Part shown: piece by piece, positions 1 to 7,044 of the stretch
How positions within the stretch are numbered: position 1 is the first letter of the stretch
Layout of the letters: each line of letters begins with the position of its first letter
From: Candidatus Saccharicenans sp.
GTDB lineage: Bacteria > Acidobacteriota > Aminicenantia > Aminicenantales > Saccharicenantaceae
DNA length: 64,000 bases
Assembly (NCBI GenBank): GCA_030018265.1
Contig: JASEFX010000009.1
Coordinates: 838-64,837 of the forward strand
Direction: 5' to 3'
The notes under the pieces: generated by a model
What the model was told of the DNA's origin: nothing
Database searches by the model: none
The model's input: only the letters and a program-made list of their open reading frames with translations
Position numbers and translations under genes: made by a program

Positions 1-1
1 T

Positions 2-688
2 TACCACGGATGGCAGAAGCAGCCCGGGCTGCCGACAATTCAGGAAACACTGGAAGAAGCCCTGATGAGAATCCTCGGAGAAAAAATCCACCTGCAGGCC
101 GCCGGGCGGACTGACGCTGGTGTGCACGCGCTTGGTCAGGTGGCCAATTTCCGGGCGAACTGCCGGCTGAGCGAAGCCGAGCTGCTCCGGGCCCTGAATG
201 CCATCCTCCCCTGCGACATCCGCATCATGAATGTGGAAAAGGTCAACTCCCGATTTCACGCGAGAAAATCGGCCAGGTCTAAAATCTACCGTTACCGGAT
301 TAAAATATCCCCGATCGTTAGCCCGTTTGATTACCGCTACGTCCTTCATTTTCCCTATCCGCTGGATATCCCGGCGATGGAAGAAGCAGCCAGGCGATTT
401 GAGAGAGAGGATGATTTCTCAACCTTTTCCTCCGGCGATTATCCCAACCCCGTCCGCAAAGTTATTTACTCCCGTCTGGAGAATACCGGAGACGAACTGG
501 TTTATACGGTTGAAGCCAACGGATTTCTGAGATATATGGTCAGAACCATCGTTGGCACCCTGCTGATGGTCGGGCGAGGAAGGCTCAGACTGGAGGATAT
601 AGATAACCTTTTTCTCCAGAAAGAAAGGAATCTTCTCACCCCGACCGCTCCCGCTCGCGGGTTGTGTCTGGTCAGGGTAAACTACTGA
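2..688 (+). CDS. truA: tRNA pseudouridine synthase A (TruA), 5' end cut by window edge
   Basis: The frame is open from nt 2 (YHGWQKQPGLPTIQETLEEAL..), upstream of the first ATG at 65. It contains the catalytic-Asp motif AAGRTDAGVHALGQV and a C-terminal APARGLCLV segment. Confidence 0.9.
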   Translation, partial: YHGWQKQPGLPTIQETLEEALMRILGEKIHLQAAGRTDAGVHALGQVANFRANCRLSEAELLRALNAILPCDIRIMNVEKVNSRFHARKSARSKIYRYRIKISPIVSPFDYRYVLHFPYPLDIPAMEEAARRFEREDDFSTFSSGDYPNPVRKVIYSRLENTGDELVYTVEANGFLRYMVRTIVGTLLMVGRGRLRLEDIDNLFLQKERNLLTPTAPARGLCLVRVNY

Positions 689-692
689 TAGC

Positions 693-1160
693 TCAGCTCA
701 GGATCAATCCCATTACATAGGCATCTTCCACTGGACTGCTGTAGTAACCTTTCCTGACGCCCATGATAGAAAACCCGAGTTTTCTGTAAAGTGATTGAGC
801 CCGATAGTTGCTCGCTCGAACCTCCAGGGAAACAAAATGAACGCCGTTTTCTCTCAACCCGTCCAGAACGTGGCGCATCGCCAGCTCGCCGAAACCCTGC
901 CCCTGAAAATCAGGGTGAACCGCCACATTGTTGATCTGAGCTTCGTCCCCTATCTGCCAGTAAATGATGTAACCGACTATTCTTTTTTCCTGACGATGAA
1001 CAAGAACCAGAGGAAAGGATATGGCTCTATTCTGAATCTCTCCGAGGAAAACTTCCCGGCTCCAGGGATTGGAAAAGCACAGCTTTTCTATGGCCAGAAC
1101 CTCACTCAGGTCCTCTTCTCTCATACGTCTGATGAGCACGGGAGATTCACCGGCGTTCAA
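693..1160 (-). CDS. rimI: ribosomal-protein-alanine N-acetyltransferase (GNAT family, RimI-like)
   Basis: GNAT acetyl-CoA motif INNVAVHPDFQGQGFGELAM. Length 155 aa. It overlaps the upstream tsaB by 14 nt, which is the usual tsaB-rimI pairing. Confidence 0.85.
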   Translation of the reverse strand: MNAGESPVLIRRMREEDLSEVLAIEKLCFSNPWSREVFLGEIQNRAISFPLVLVHRQEKRIVGYIIYWQIGDEAQINNVAVHPDFQGQGFGELAMRHVLDGLRENGVHFVSLEVRASNYRAQSLYRKLGFSIMGVRKGYYSSPVEDAYVMGLILS

Positions 1161-1842
1161 TGGTGGTTTTCTCCTCAGCCTGAGATTTGCGGTAATAGAT
1201 AGGCTCGAGTTTTTCAGGCGTCACTCCCTGACCTCTGGCCAGAAGCCGCTCGCCCAGCAGTCCAACTTCAGCCGCCAGATGAAAACTCCGCGGGGGAAAC
1301 AGCGCCGCCGGACCGAGCTTCTCAATTATTATCTGACAGTAAAGATTCGCTCCCGTTCCGATAAACCAGAATTCCCTTCCGGCAGGCAGCATAGAAAGAA
1401 ACGTCTCCGGCGGGTAAGCGCCCGGCGGGACCACGGTCTTTAATTCATCTCCTTCAGGTTCATACGCTCCGGCAAAAACCTCTCCTTTCCTGGCATCAAT
1501 CATCGGCGCCACCACCGGAGCCCCCGGAAGCACCAGCTTCAATGCCAGAGCTTCCAGCGCGGAAACGGCAGCGATCGGTCGCCGGGAAGCCAGGCCGAGA
1601 GCTTTCACCAGACTCAAACCGATTCTTATTCCAGTGAAGGAGCCGGGACCGGCAGCCACGGCCAGCCCTTCAATAGCATCTAATTTGACGCCGGCTATTT
1701 TCAGCACCTCGTCCAGCGCTCTGAACATCTGTCTTGAATGGGAGGAAGGCGAAACATAATTCACTTCTGCCAGCACCTCTCCCCCGCCGGTCACAGCCAC
1801 TGACCCGAAGCGACTGGTGGTATCGAGCGCCAGCAAAATCAT
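1147..1842 (-). CDS. tsaB: tRNA t6A37 threonylcarbamoyl-transfer protein TsaB (YeaZ)
   Basis: N-terminus MILLALDTTS and a GPGSFTGIRIGLS motif. Length 231 aa, adjacent to rimI. Confidence 0.85.
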   Translation of the reverse strand: MILLALDTTSRFGSVAVTGGGEVLAEVNYVSPSSHSRQMFRALDEVLKIAGVKLDAIEGLAVAAGPGSFTGIRIGLSLVKALGLASRRPIAAVSALEALALKLVLPGAPVVAPMIDARKGEVFAGAYEPEGDELKTVVPPGAYPPETFLSMLPAGREFWFIGTGANLYCQIIIEKLGPAALFPPRSFHLAAEVGLLGERLLARGQGVTPEKLEPIYYRKSQAEEKTTIERR

Positions 1843-1875
1843 TTTTATTCTTACTGAATCCGCTTTTCCCGGAGG

Positions 1876-2991
1876 CTAAAGTTTTTCGGCCACGGCCCGG
1901 GCCACGTCGAGCGTGGTAGCTGAGCCGCCCATGTCGTAGGTGCGGACTTTCCCTTCACTGATCACCTCAGCCACCGCCTGTTCCAGCGCGCCGGCCTTTT
2001 CAGTTTCGCCGAGCCAGTCGAGCATCATCTTCGCTGCGAGTATTGTGGCTATCGGATTTACTTTATAAAGCCCGGTATACTTTGGAGCGGAACCATGGGT
2101 CGGTTCAAAAACCGCATACTTATCTCCGATGTTTCCGGCGCAGGCAAAGCCAAGACCGCCAACCAGCTGAGCGGCCAGGTCGGAGATAATATCGCCGAAG
2201 AGATTTTCCGCCACCAGAACGTCATAGTCGTGCGGGTTCTTCAGCAACCACATGCACATGGCGTCGACGTTGGCTTCGTAAAATTTTATGTCCGGATACT
2301 CAGCCGCCACCTGCCTGGCCACCCTGAGCATCAGCCCGCCTGTTTCTCTTAAAACATTGGGTTTTTCCACCAGGGTTACGGATTTTCTTTTATATTTCCG
2401 GGCATATTCAAAGGCGGCACGTACTATTCTCTCGCAGCCCCTGGTGGTCATTATTCTGGTGGACAGAGCAATCTGATCAGCCGGCACGTCCTTAAAATCT
2501 TTCATCTTCGGATGGAGCATAAGCGCTTCTCTGACCTGATCCGGCAGCGGGTAAAACTCTACCCCGGCATAGCTTCCCTCGGTATTTTCTCTGAAAATCA
2601 CCAGGTCTATGTTTTCTTTATAATTAAGAGGATTGCCCGGGTAGGCTTTGCAGGGCCTGAGGTTTATGTAAAGGTCAAAAATCTGACGCAACCTGACTAT
2701 CGGGCTGACATAAGTAAGACCTTTTCCCTGCAATTCCGGAGCAAGCTCTCTGGCCGCATCTTCTTTCGGCTTGGAAGTGATGGCTCCGAACAGACAGGCA
2801 TCTGTTTCTTTCAACAATTTTATCGTCCTGTCCGGCAGGGCATTCCCTTCGCGGCACCAGAATTCCCAGCCGATGTCTCCGTAGATGTATTCGGCATCGA
2901 GGTTCAGCTTCTTGAGAACAATCATGGCCGCCTCGATGACCTCTTTTCCTACGCCATCTCCGGGCAGAATAGCCAGACGATACTTCGCCAT
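1876..2991 (-). CDS. isocitrate/isopropylmalate dehydrogenase-family (beta-decarboxylating) dehydrogenase
   Basis: Family motifs LAILPGDGVGKEV, NLRP, FRENTEGSYAG, NLFGDIISDLAAQLVGGLG and EPTHGSAP. Substrate specificity cannot be read from the sequence alone. Confidence 0.8.
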   Translation of the reverse strand: MAKYRLAILPGDGVGKEVIEAAMIVLKKLNLDAEYIYGDIGWEFWCREGNALPDRTIKLLKETDACLFGAITSKPKEDAARELAPELQGKGLTYVSPIVRLRQIFDLYINLRPCKAYPGNPLNYKENIDLVIFRENTEGSYAGVEFYPLPDQVREALMLHPKMKDFKDVPADQIALSTRIMTTRGCERIVRAAFEYARKYKRKSVTLVEKPNVLRETGGLMLRVARQVAAEYPDIKFYEANVDAMCMWLLKNPHDYDVLVAENLFGDIISDLAAQLVGGLGFACAGNIGDKYAVFEPTHGSAPKYTGLYKVNPIATILAAKMMLDWLGETEKAGALEQAVAEVISEGKVRTYDMGGSATTLDVARAVAEKL

Positions 2992-3027
2992 TTAAGTTCT
3001 CCTTTTGATGGGATTATCAGGCTAATC

Positions 3028-3057
3028 ATTATGCCCGAAATATTTGCCGGGTGTCAA
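3028..3057 (-). promoter_or_regulatory. candidate sigma70-type promoter for the dehydrogenase gene (TTGACA-18 nt-CATAAT)
   Basis: On the minus strand, TTGACA lies at 3057-3052 and CATAAT at 3033-3028. This is about 40 nt upstream of the start codon, which has an AAGGAG Shine-Dalgarno. Confidence 0.4.
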
Positions 3058-3170
3058 TCAGCGTCTTTCAGGCTAATATATGTCAAAAAATGTACTGAAG
3101 CGGGCGAGAAACTCATCTCTAAAAAATATTTAAGGTAATTACTGCCGGAAGATTATCAAACCTGACACTT

Positions 3171-3217
3171 AATAAAAAAAGGGCCTCTTTCCGAGGCCCC
3201 GCAGACTCTTCCTGCGG
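3171..3217 (-). terminator. rho-independent terminator after the ECF operon (tandem hairpins plus T7 tract)
   Basis: Minus-strand reading: CCGCAG-gaagagt-CTGCGG, then GGGCCTC-GGAAA-GAGGCCC followed by TTTTTTTATT. It starts 15 nt after the stop at 3232. Confidence 0.7.
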
Positions 3218-3231
3218 AATCTCCCGTAAAA

Positions 3232-3618
3232 TTATTCCAGCCAGACCTTAACCGTTTCATCCTCCTCGTAAACCTCAATTATGGCCAGAGGACCGACTTT
3301 CTTTAACTCCGCCAGCAATTGTTCGATGTTGAGCATGCAGGCATCGCGTCCGAGTCTGACCTCTTTGTTCTTGGCGCAGCGGGCAAAAATTTCCACCAGA
3401 GCGATGGGCATGGTAATCCTGACTTTTTCTTTTCCCGTTTTGTTGTCCGTCACCAGGACCTTGAACCATTTAACCTCCTTCACCTGCTCGGCTTTTCCAC
3501 TTTCCTGGACCGCCTTTTTTATCACCTGATAATCATCCTTGTCCACCGCCGGAAAAATTTCCACTGTCAGGAATAAAATTCCCAGCACCAGAGCCGTGAT
3601 CAAAAGAATTTTTTTCAT
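3232..3618 (-). CDS. small membrane-anchored/secreted protein, paralogue of 5903-6310, with C-terminal VKVWLE module
   Basis: N-terminal hydrophobic segment KKILLITALVLGILFLTV. GGAGGAAGG Shine-Dalgarno. The C-terminal ~80 aa align with the tails of 3637-4497 and 5903-6310. Confidence 0.8.
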   Translation of the reverse strand: MKKILLITALVLGILFLTVEIFPAVDKDDYQVIKKAVQESGKAEQVKEVKWFKVLVTDNKTGKEKVRITMPIALVEIFARCAKNKEVRLGRDACMLNIEQLLAELKKVGPLAIIEVYEEDETVKVWLE

Positions 3619-3636
3619 GCCTTCCTCCTTCTATAT

Positions 3637-4497
3637 TTATTCAATCCAGATTTCGATGATGTTTCCGTCCTCTTCAATCCGGACGAGCTTCTCCTTCGCC
3701 CGGGCCAGGTCAGAGATTATCCGGTTGAGGTCATAACCCTTTTCCCTCATCTTAGCTTTTTCTTCTTCGGGCAGGGCCTGAAGAGCCAGGTCGGCCAGAG
3801 ACAGCGGTAAATTTATCGAGACCGCCGGGACTTTCTTCCCTTTTTCGTAAATCCGGATCTTCAGAAGACGAACCCCCTCCCGCGAGCCGGGTGGAAGGTC
3901 CTTCAGAGCATCCGGCGATATTCTCAGAACCGCAATCTTCGCCCGGTCAACCAGCTCCGGGTCCTTTTCTGTCTGGATCAATCCGGTCAAAACCGGAAGT
4001 GCCTTCGAGGCCAGGGTTTTGTCCTGAAGGTAGCTCATTTTCATTGCTGCATAGTATTTCACCACCCGGCTGGGACTCGACAGTTTATCAAGAAGAATCC
4101 GGCTGTAATCCTTTTCCCCGCGGTTAAAAAGTTTGAAAGCCAGGTCGATAACGGCAATTTCCGCTTCCTCCGCCAGTCCGGGCACCCGGTCGTGTCTTTT
4201 CAGAAATTCCTCAAAAGTTTTCAGGGCCTGTTTTTCTTTCCCCTCCTGTTCGGCCTGACATTTTCCAAGATAAAACAGCGCCTGGGAATAATAGCTGCTT
4301 CCAGGATATTTTTTGATCAGGGTGAAAAGCTTTTCCTCGGCTTCAGCCCATTTTTTATCAAAAATAAGGACCTTCGCTTCCTGCAGCAACCTGGTATCTT
4401 CGGAGTTCCGGCTCTGAAGTCCGAGAGCGCGAGCCGGGTTTGAAGCTGTTATCATTAAAACAGCTATCATAAAAATGGTCAGGGTCATTTTTCTCAC
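3637..4497 (-). CDS. secreted TPR (YbgF/BamD-like) protein with C-terminal IEIWIE module
   Basis: Signal peptide MRKMTLTIFMIAVLMITASNPARA. TPR-like helices (AKVLIFDKKWAEAEEKLFTLIKKYPGSSYYSQALFYLGKC). The last ~78 aa are homologous to the two small proteins of the operon. Confidence 0.8.
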   Translation of the reverse strand: MRKMTLTIFMIAVLMITASNPARALGLQSRNSEDTRLLQEAKVLIFDKKWAEAEEKLFTLIKKYPGSSYYSQALFYLGKCQAEQEGKEKQALKTFEEFLKRHDRVPGLAEEAEIAVIDLAFKLFNRGEKDYSRILLDKLSSPSRVVKYYAAMKMSYLQDKTLASKALPVLTGLIQTEKDPELVDRAKIAVLRISPDALKDLPPGSREGVRLLKIRIYEKGKKVPAVSINLPLSLADLALQALPEEEKAKMREKGYDLNRIISDLARAKEKLVRIEEDGNIIEIWIE

Positions 4498-4498
4498 C

Positions 4499-5287
4499 TT
4501 AAACCTCGCTCTGCTGAAGTTCTTTTTTTACTAGGTTTATTTTTAGGAGAAGTTGATTTTCTTCCACCATTTTCCTGAGCTTCTCAAGTTCTGCCGCAGA
4601 CAGTTCCGGACTCAACTGGTTGAGTTCCAGGAAGAGAAGTTCAATCTGGTCGCAGATATTTTTAGCTTTCATCAGCCGCCAGTCATCCAGCAGGACGTTA
4701 AGATATTTTTTTTCGGTCAGCATCTGCCTGATTACCGCCTGCTTTTCGGGCTCAGCCAGCCGGTTCTGTCCGTCCTTCAAAAGCTCTAAAAGGAGATACT
4801 CGCTTCTCTCAAGATATTCGATGGTGCTTTTTCTGGCCAAAGCCACTTCCACCCGTTCGAGCAGGTCTTCCGGCACAGAAACCGAAGGTTCCTGACGCGC
4901 CGCCAGATGCGGTTTCCGCTGATTTATCAGCCCCAGCGTCAGCAGACCTCCCAGGATCAAACCGAGAAACATACCGGCCAGGAGAGGCTGCCACCGCCAC
5001 TGCCAGCCAGCTGGAAAAGCCGGAGCCTGAACTTCCTTCTTATTCTTCTCAACGGCTCTTGAGGCTATGGTTTCTGCAAGACTTTCCCAGTCTACAGTAT
5101 CCATAACCCGCTCGAGCTCTTCGCCGAAATTACCGGCCAGGCCCAGCACCTGAGCTGTTTTTTCCATTTCCCGGCGGCAGAGCGGGCATTCCTGGAGGTG
5201 CCTGGAAATTTCTTCCGCTTTCTTTTCCGGAAGCTCCCGGCTGAGATAGGCCACCCATTCTTTTTTATATTTTCTGCAGGCTTTCAC
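4499..5287 (-). CDS. anti-sigma factor (zf-HC2 type, single-pass membrane protein)
   Basis: H-x3-C-x2-C motif (HLQECPLC) near the N-terminus. One TM segment (LLAGMFLGLILGGLLTLGLI). ATGA 4-nt overlap with the ECF sigma gene. Confidence 0.8.
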   Translation of the reverse strand: MKACRKYKKEWVAYLSRELPEKKAEEISRHLQECPLCRREMEKTAQVLGLAGNFGEELERVMDTVDWESLAETIASRAVEKNKKEVQAPAFPAGWQWRWQPLLAGMFLGLILGGLLTLGLINQRKPHLAARQEPSVSVPEDLLERVEVALARKSTIEYLERSEYLLLELLKDGQNRLAEPEKQAVIRQMLTEKKYLNVLLDDWRLMKAKNICDQIELLFLELNQLSPELSAAELEKLRKMVEENQLLLKINLVKKELQQSEV

Positions 5288-5856
5288 TTTCCACCTCCGA
5301 GTGCCGGTTCTAAGCTCTTTTTCAGTTTCTGCACCGCTTTGAAATGAAGCGATTTGACTGTGCCCCCAGCTATTCCGAGCCGCCTGGCTATTTCTTCGTA
5401 TTTGAGACCTTCAAAATGATGCAGGATAAAAACCAGACGCTGTTTTTCCGGAATCGACATGAGCGCTTTATGGATGAGCACGTTCGTCTGATAGCTTATA
5501 GGGTCTGAAATTTCCGCTGCCAGTTCAGCCCGGTCGAGGTTGATATCAGACAGGCTATCAGATTTTTTCCTTCTCCTGAGAAAATCGATGCTGAGATTCC
5601 TGGCTATTCTCATCAACCAGGCCTGGAAGTTTTCCCCCGAACGGTAGCTTCCGATTTTTTCGTAAACCCTCATAAAAACTTCCTGCACGAGGTCAAGGGC
5701 ATCCTCCCTGTCCCGGAGAAGAGAATAGGCCAGGACAAAAACCTTCTGTTGATAGGCGGCCACAATTCTCACAAAAGCCTCCCGGTCACCGTTTTTAACC
5801 CTGTCCACCAGGAGTTCCATCTGTTCGTCACAGCCCGGCTTATGATTCGACGGCAT
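5284..5856 (-). CDS. ECF (sigma-70 group 4) RNA polymerase sigma factor
   Basis: Region 2 (ALDLVQEVFMRVYEKIGSYR..FQAWLMRIARNLSIDFLRR) and region 4 HTH (LKYEEIARRLGIAGGTVKSLHFKAVQKLK). Length 190 aa. Confidence 0.9.
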   Translation of the reverse strand: MPSNHKPGCDEQMELLVDRVKNGDREAFVRIVAAYQQKVFVLAYSLLRDREDALDLVQEVFMRVYEKIGSYRSGENFQAWLMRIARNLSIDFLRRRKKSDSLSDINLDRAELAAEISDPISYQTNVLIHKALMSIPEKQRLVFILHHFEGLKYEEIARRLGIAGGTVKSLHFKAVQKLKKSLEPALGGGK

Positions 5857-5902
5857 CCCTTAACTCTTTCTCCAGATGGATTACGCCTTTCATAGTATAA
5901 AC

Positions 5903-6310
5903 CTATTCGAGCCATACGAGCACCCTTTCCCTTTCGCCCGAAACTTCAACCAGAAGACCGCGTGGCATTTCCAGCAGTGCCCGGCTGAAGCCCTGCACCT
6001 CAAATTCAAATCCCTGATAATGCCTTCTGGCGGCGTCTCTCATACCTTCAACCGCTATCTTTCTCACCACCCAGAAGGGCAGAGATATTCTCCAAAGGGT
6101 GGAATCATCCGGGTCGTAAATCAGAACTTTTAAGCGATGGGGACGAACGCCGGTGCTCGAGCCAGAAGATATTTTAAGTGCTCTGTCCCTTGCCTTCTTG
6201 ATAATCGAATCAGCTTCCTGCTGGCTTTTTTCAACTGCCACGACCATACAGGAAGAGAGTGTGAACAGGACGGCAAGAACAATCAGAACAATTTTTTGCC
6301 TGCCGGACAT
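5903..6310 (-). CDS. small lipoprotein, paralogue of 3232-3618, with C-terminal VLVWLE module; first gene of the ECF operon
   Basis: Lipobox LFTLSSC. GGAGGAG Shine-Dalgarno 4 nt before the ATG. The C-terminal ~79 aa align with the other two accessory proteins. Confidence 0.8.
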   Translation of the reverse strand: MSGRQKIVLIVLAVLFTLSSCMVVAVEKSQQEADSIIKKARDRALKISSGSSTGVRPHRLKVLIYDPDDSTLWRISLPFWVVRKIAVEGMRDAARRHYQGFEFEVQGFSRALLEMPRGLLVEVSGERERVLVWLE

Positions 6311-6313
6311 AAT

Positions 6314-6355
6314 CTTCTCCTCCGTCAGCCATCATCAGCTATTACGGAGGAGAAG
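6314..6355 (-). promoter_or_regulatory. perfect 12-bp inverted repeat (anti-SD/SD hairpin) occluding the ribosome-binding site of 5903-6310
   Basis: mRNA sense: CUUCUCCUCCGU (6355-6344), an 18-nt loop, then ACGGAGGAGAAG (6325-6314), then AUU-AUG. The 3' arm contains the GGAGGAG SD. Confidence 0.6.
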
Positions 6356-6369
6356 CCGCTGAGGTTTAC
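6341..6369 (-). promoter_or_regulatory. candidate ECF-type promoter (GTAAAC-17 nt-CGTAAT)
   Basis: Minus strand: GTAAAC at 6369-6364 and CGTAAT at 6346-6341. This carries the AAC (-35) and CGT (-10) hallmarks of ECF promoters, directly upstream of the first operon gene. Confidence 0.4.
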
Positions 6370-6396
6370 CGCAAGCCGAATGTTTTCAGCGTAAAA

Positions 6397-6425
6397 ATTA
6401 TAGACTCACCCCTGAAATTCTTAAG
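6397..6425 (-). promoter_or_regulatory. candidate sigma70-type promoter (TTAAGA-16 nt-TATAAT), overlapping a weak hairpin that may terminate the RRM gene
   Basis: Perfect TATAAT on the minus strand at 6402-6397. The hairpin CCCCTGAA-ATTC-TTAAGGGG at 6409-6428 sits 30 nt after the RRM gene stop, but the downstream T-tract is poor. Confidence 0.3.
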
Positions 6426-6460
6426 GGGGGAACTTTCTACCGCTGCAGACCGGAAGTCTA

Positions 6461-6757
6461 TCAATACTTGCGGAAAGTTCTTCTCTGCGGTCCGGAACCG
6501 AACCGACGGTCGCCACTTCTTTTCTCACCCTTCGGCCTGGCATCGTTCACGATGATTTTGCGGCCGTCGAATTCAGTGCCGTTCAGGTTGTTTTTGGCTT
6601 CCTGGGCTCCTTCTTCCGTGGACATTTCCACAAAACCAAAGCCCCGACCCTGCAGGATGTTAACTGAGGTAACTTCTCCATACTGAGAGAACAGATCCTT
6701 CAGTTTGTCCTCGGTGGTCCTGTAGTTCAAGTTACCCACATAAAGCTTTAAAGACAT
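6461..6757 (-). CDS. RRM-type glycine/arginine-tailed RNA-binding protein
   Basis: RNP2 LYVGNL and RNP1 RGFGFVEM. I place the start at the internal ATG (MSLKLYVGNL), which is preceded by GGAGG, rather than at the ORF-track start 6862. Codon usage is C-ending and expression-optimised. Confidence 0.85.
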   Translation of the reverse strand: MSLKLYVGNLNYRTTEDKLKDLFSQYGEVTSVNILQGRGFGFVEMSTEEGAQEAKNNLNGTEFDGRKIIVNDARPKGEKRSGDRRFGSGPQRRTFRKY

Positions 6758-7044
6758 ACAAAAAACCTCCTTGACCTCTCCATATCGGATTCCCCGCACC
6801 GGCAGGAAAAACTCGACTGAAAAGGCAGAATTAATGATGGCATAAACAAAATTTAAAATCAAGAAGAAATTTTAAGAGAATCCCGGCCGGATCCGGTGGC
6901 AAAAAACTCAAATAATAAACCGATCCCGCCGCCACCTGACTCTCCTGACCCGGTTTTTCCCCGGAGCTGACTGGAGCGCCGTATGGCTCTGATTTCATTT
7001 TTTTTATTTCAGGCTGAAATCGCTGGCAGGAAAGCCTTCTCTGT

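Noticed and set aside
3017-3077. The 10-mer TCAGGCTAAT repeated 51 bp apart in the dehydrogenase promoter region.
   Set aside because: The repeat is real, but two short copies in an AT-rich spacer are weak evidence for a regulatory site. It is noted only as context for the candidate promoter.
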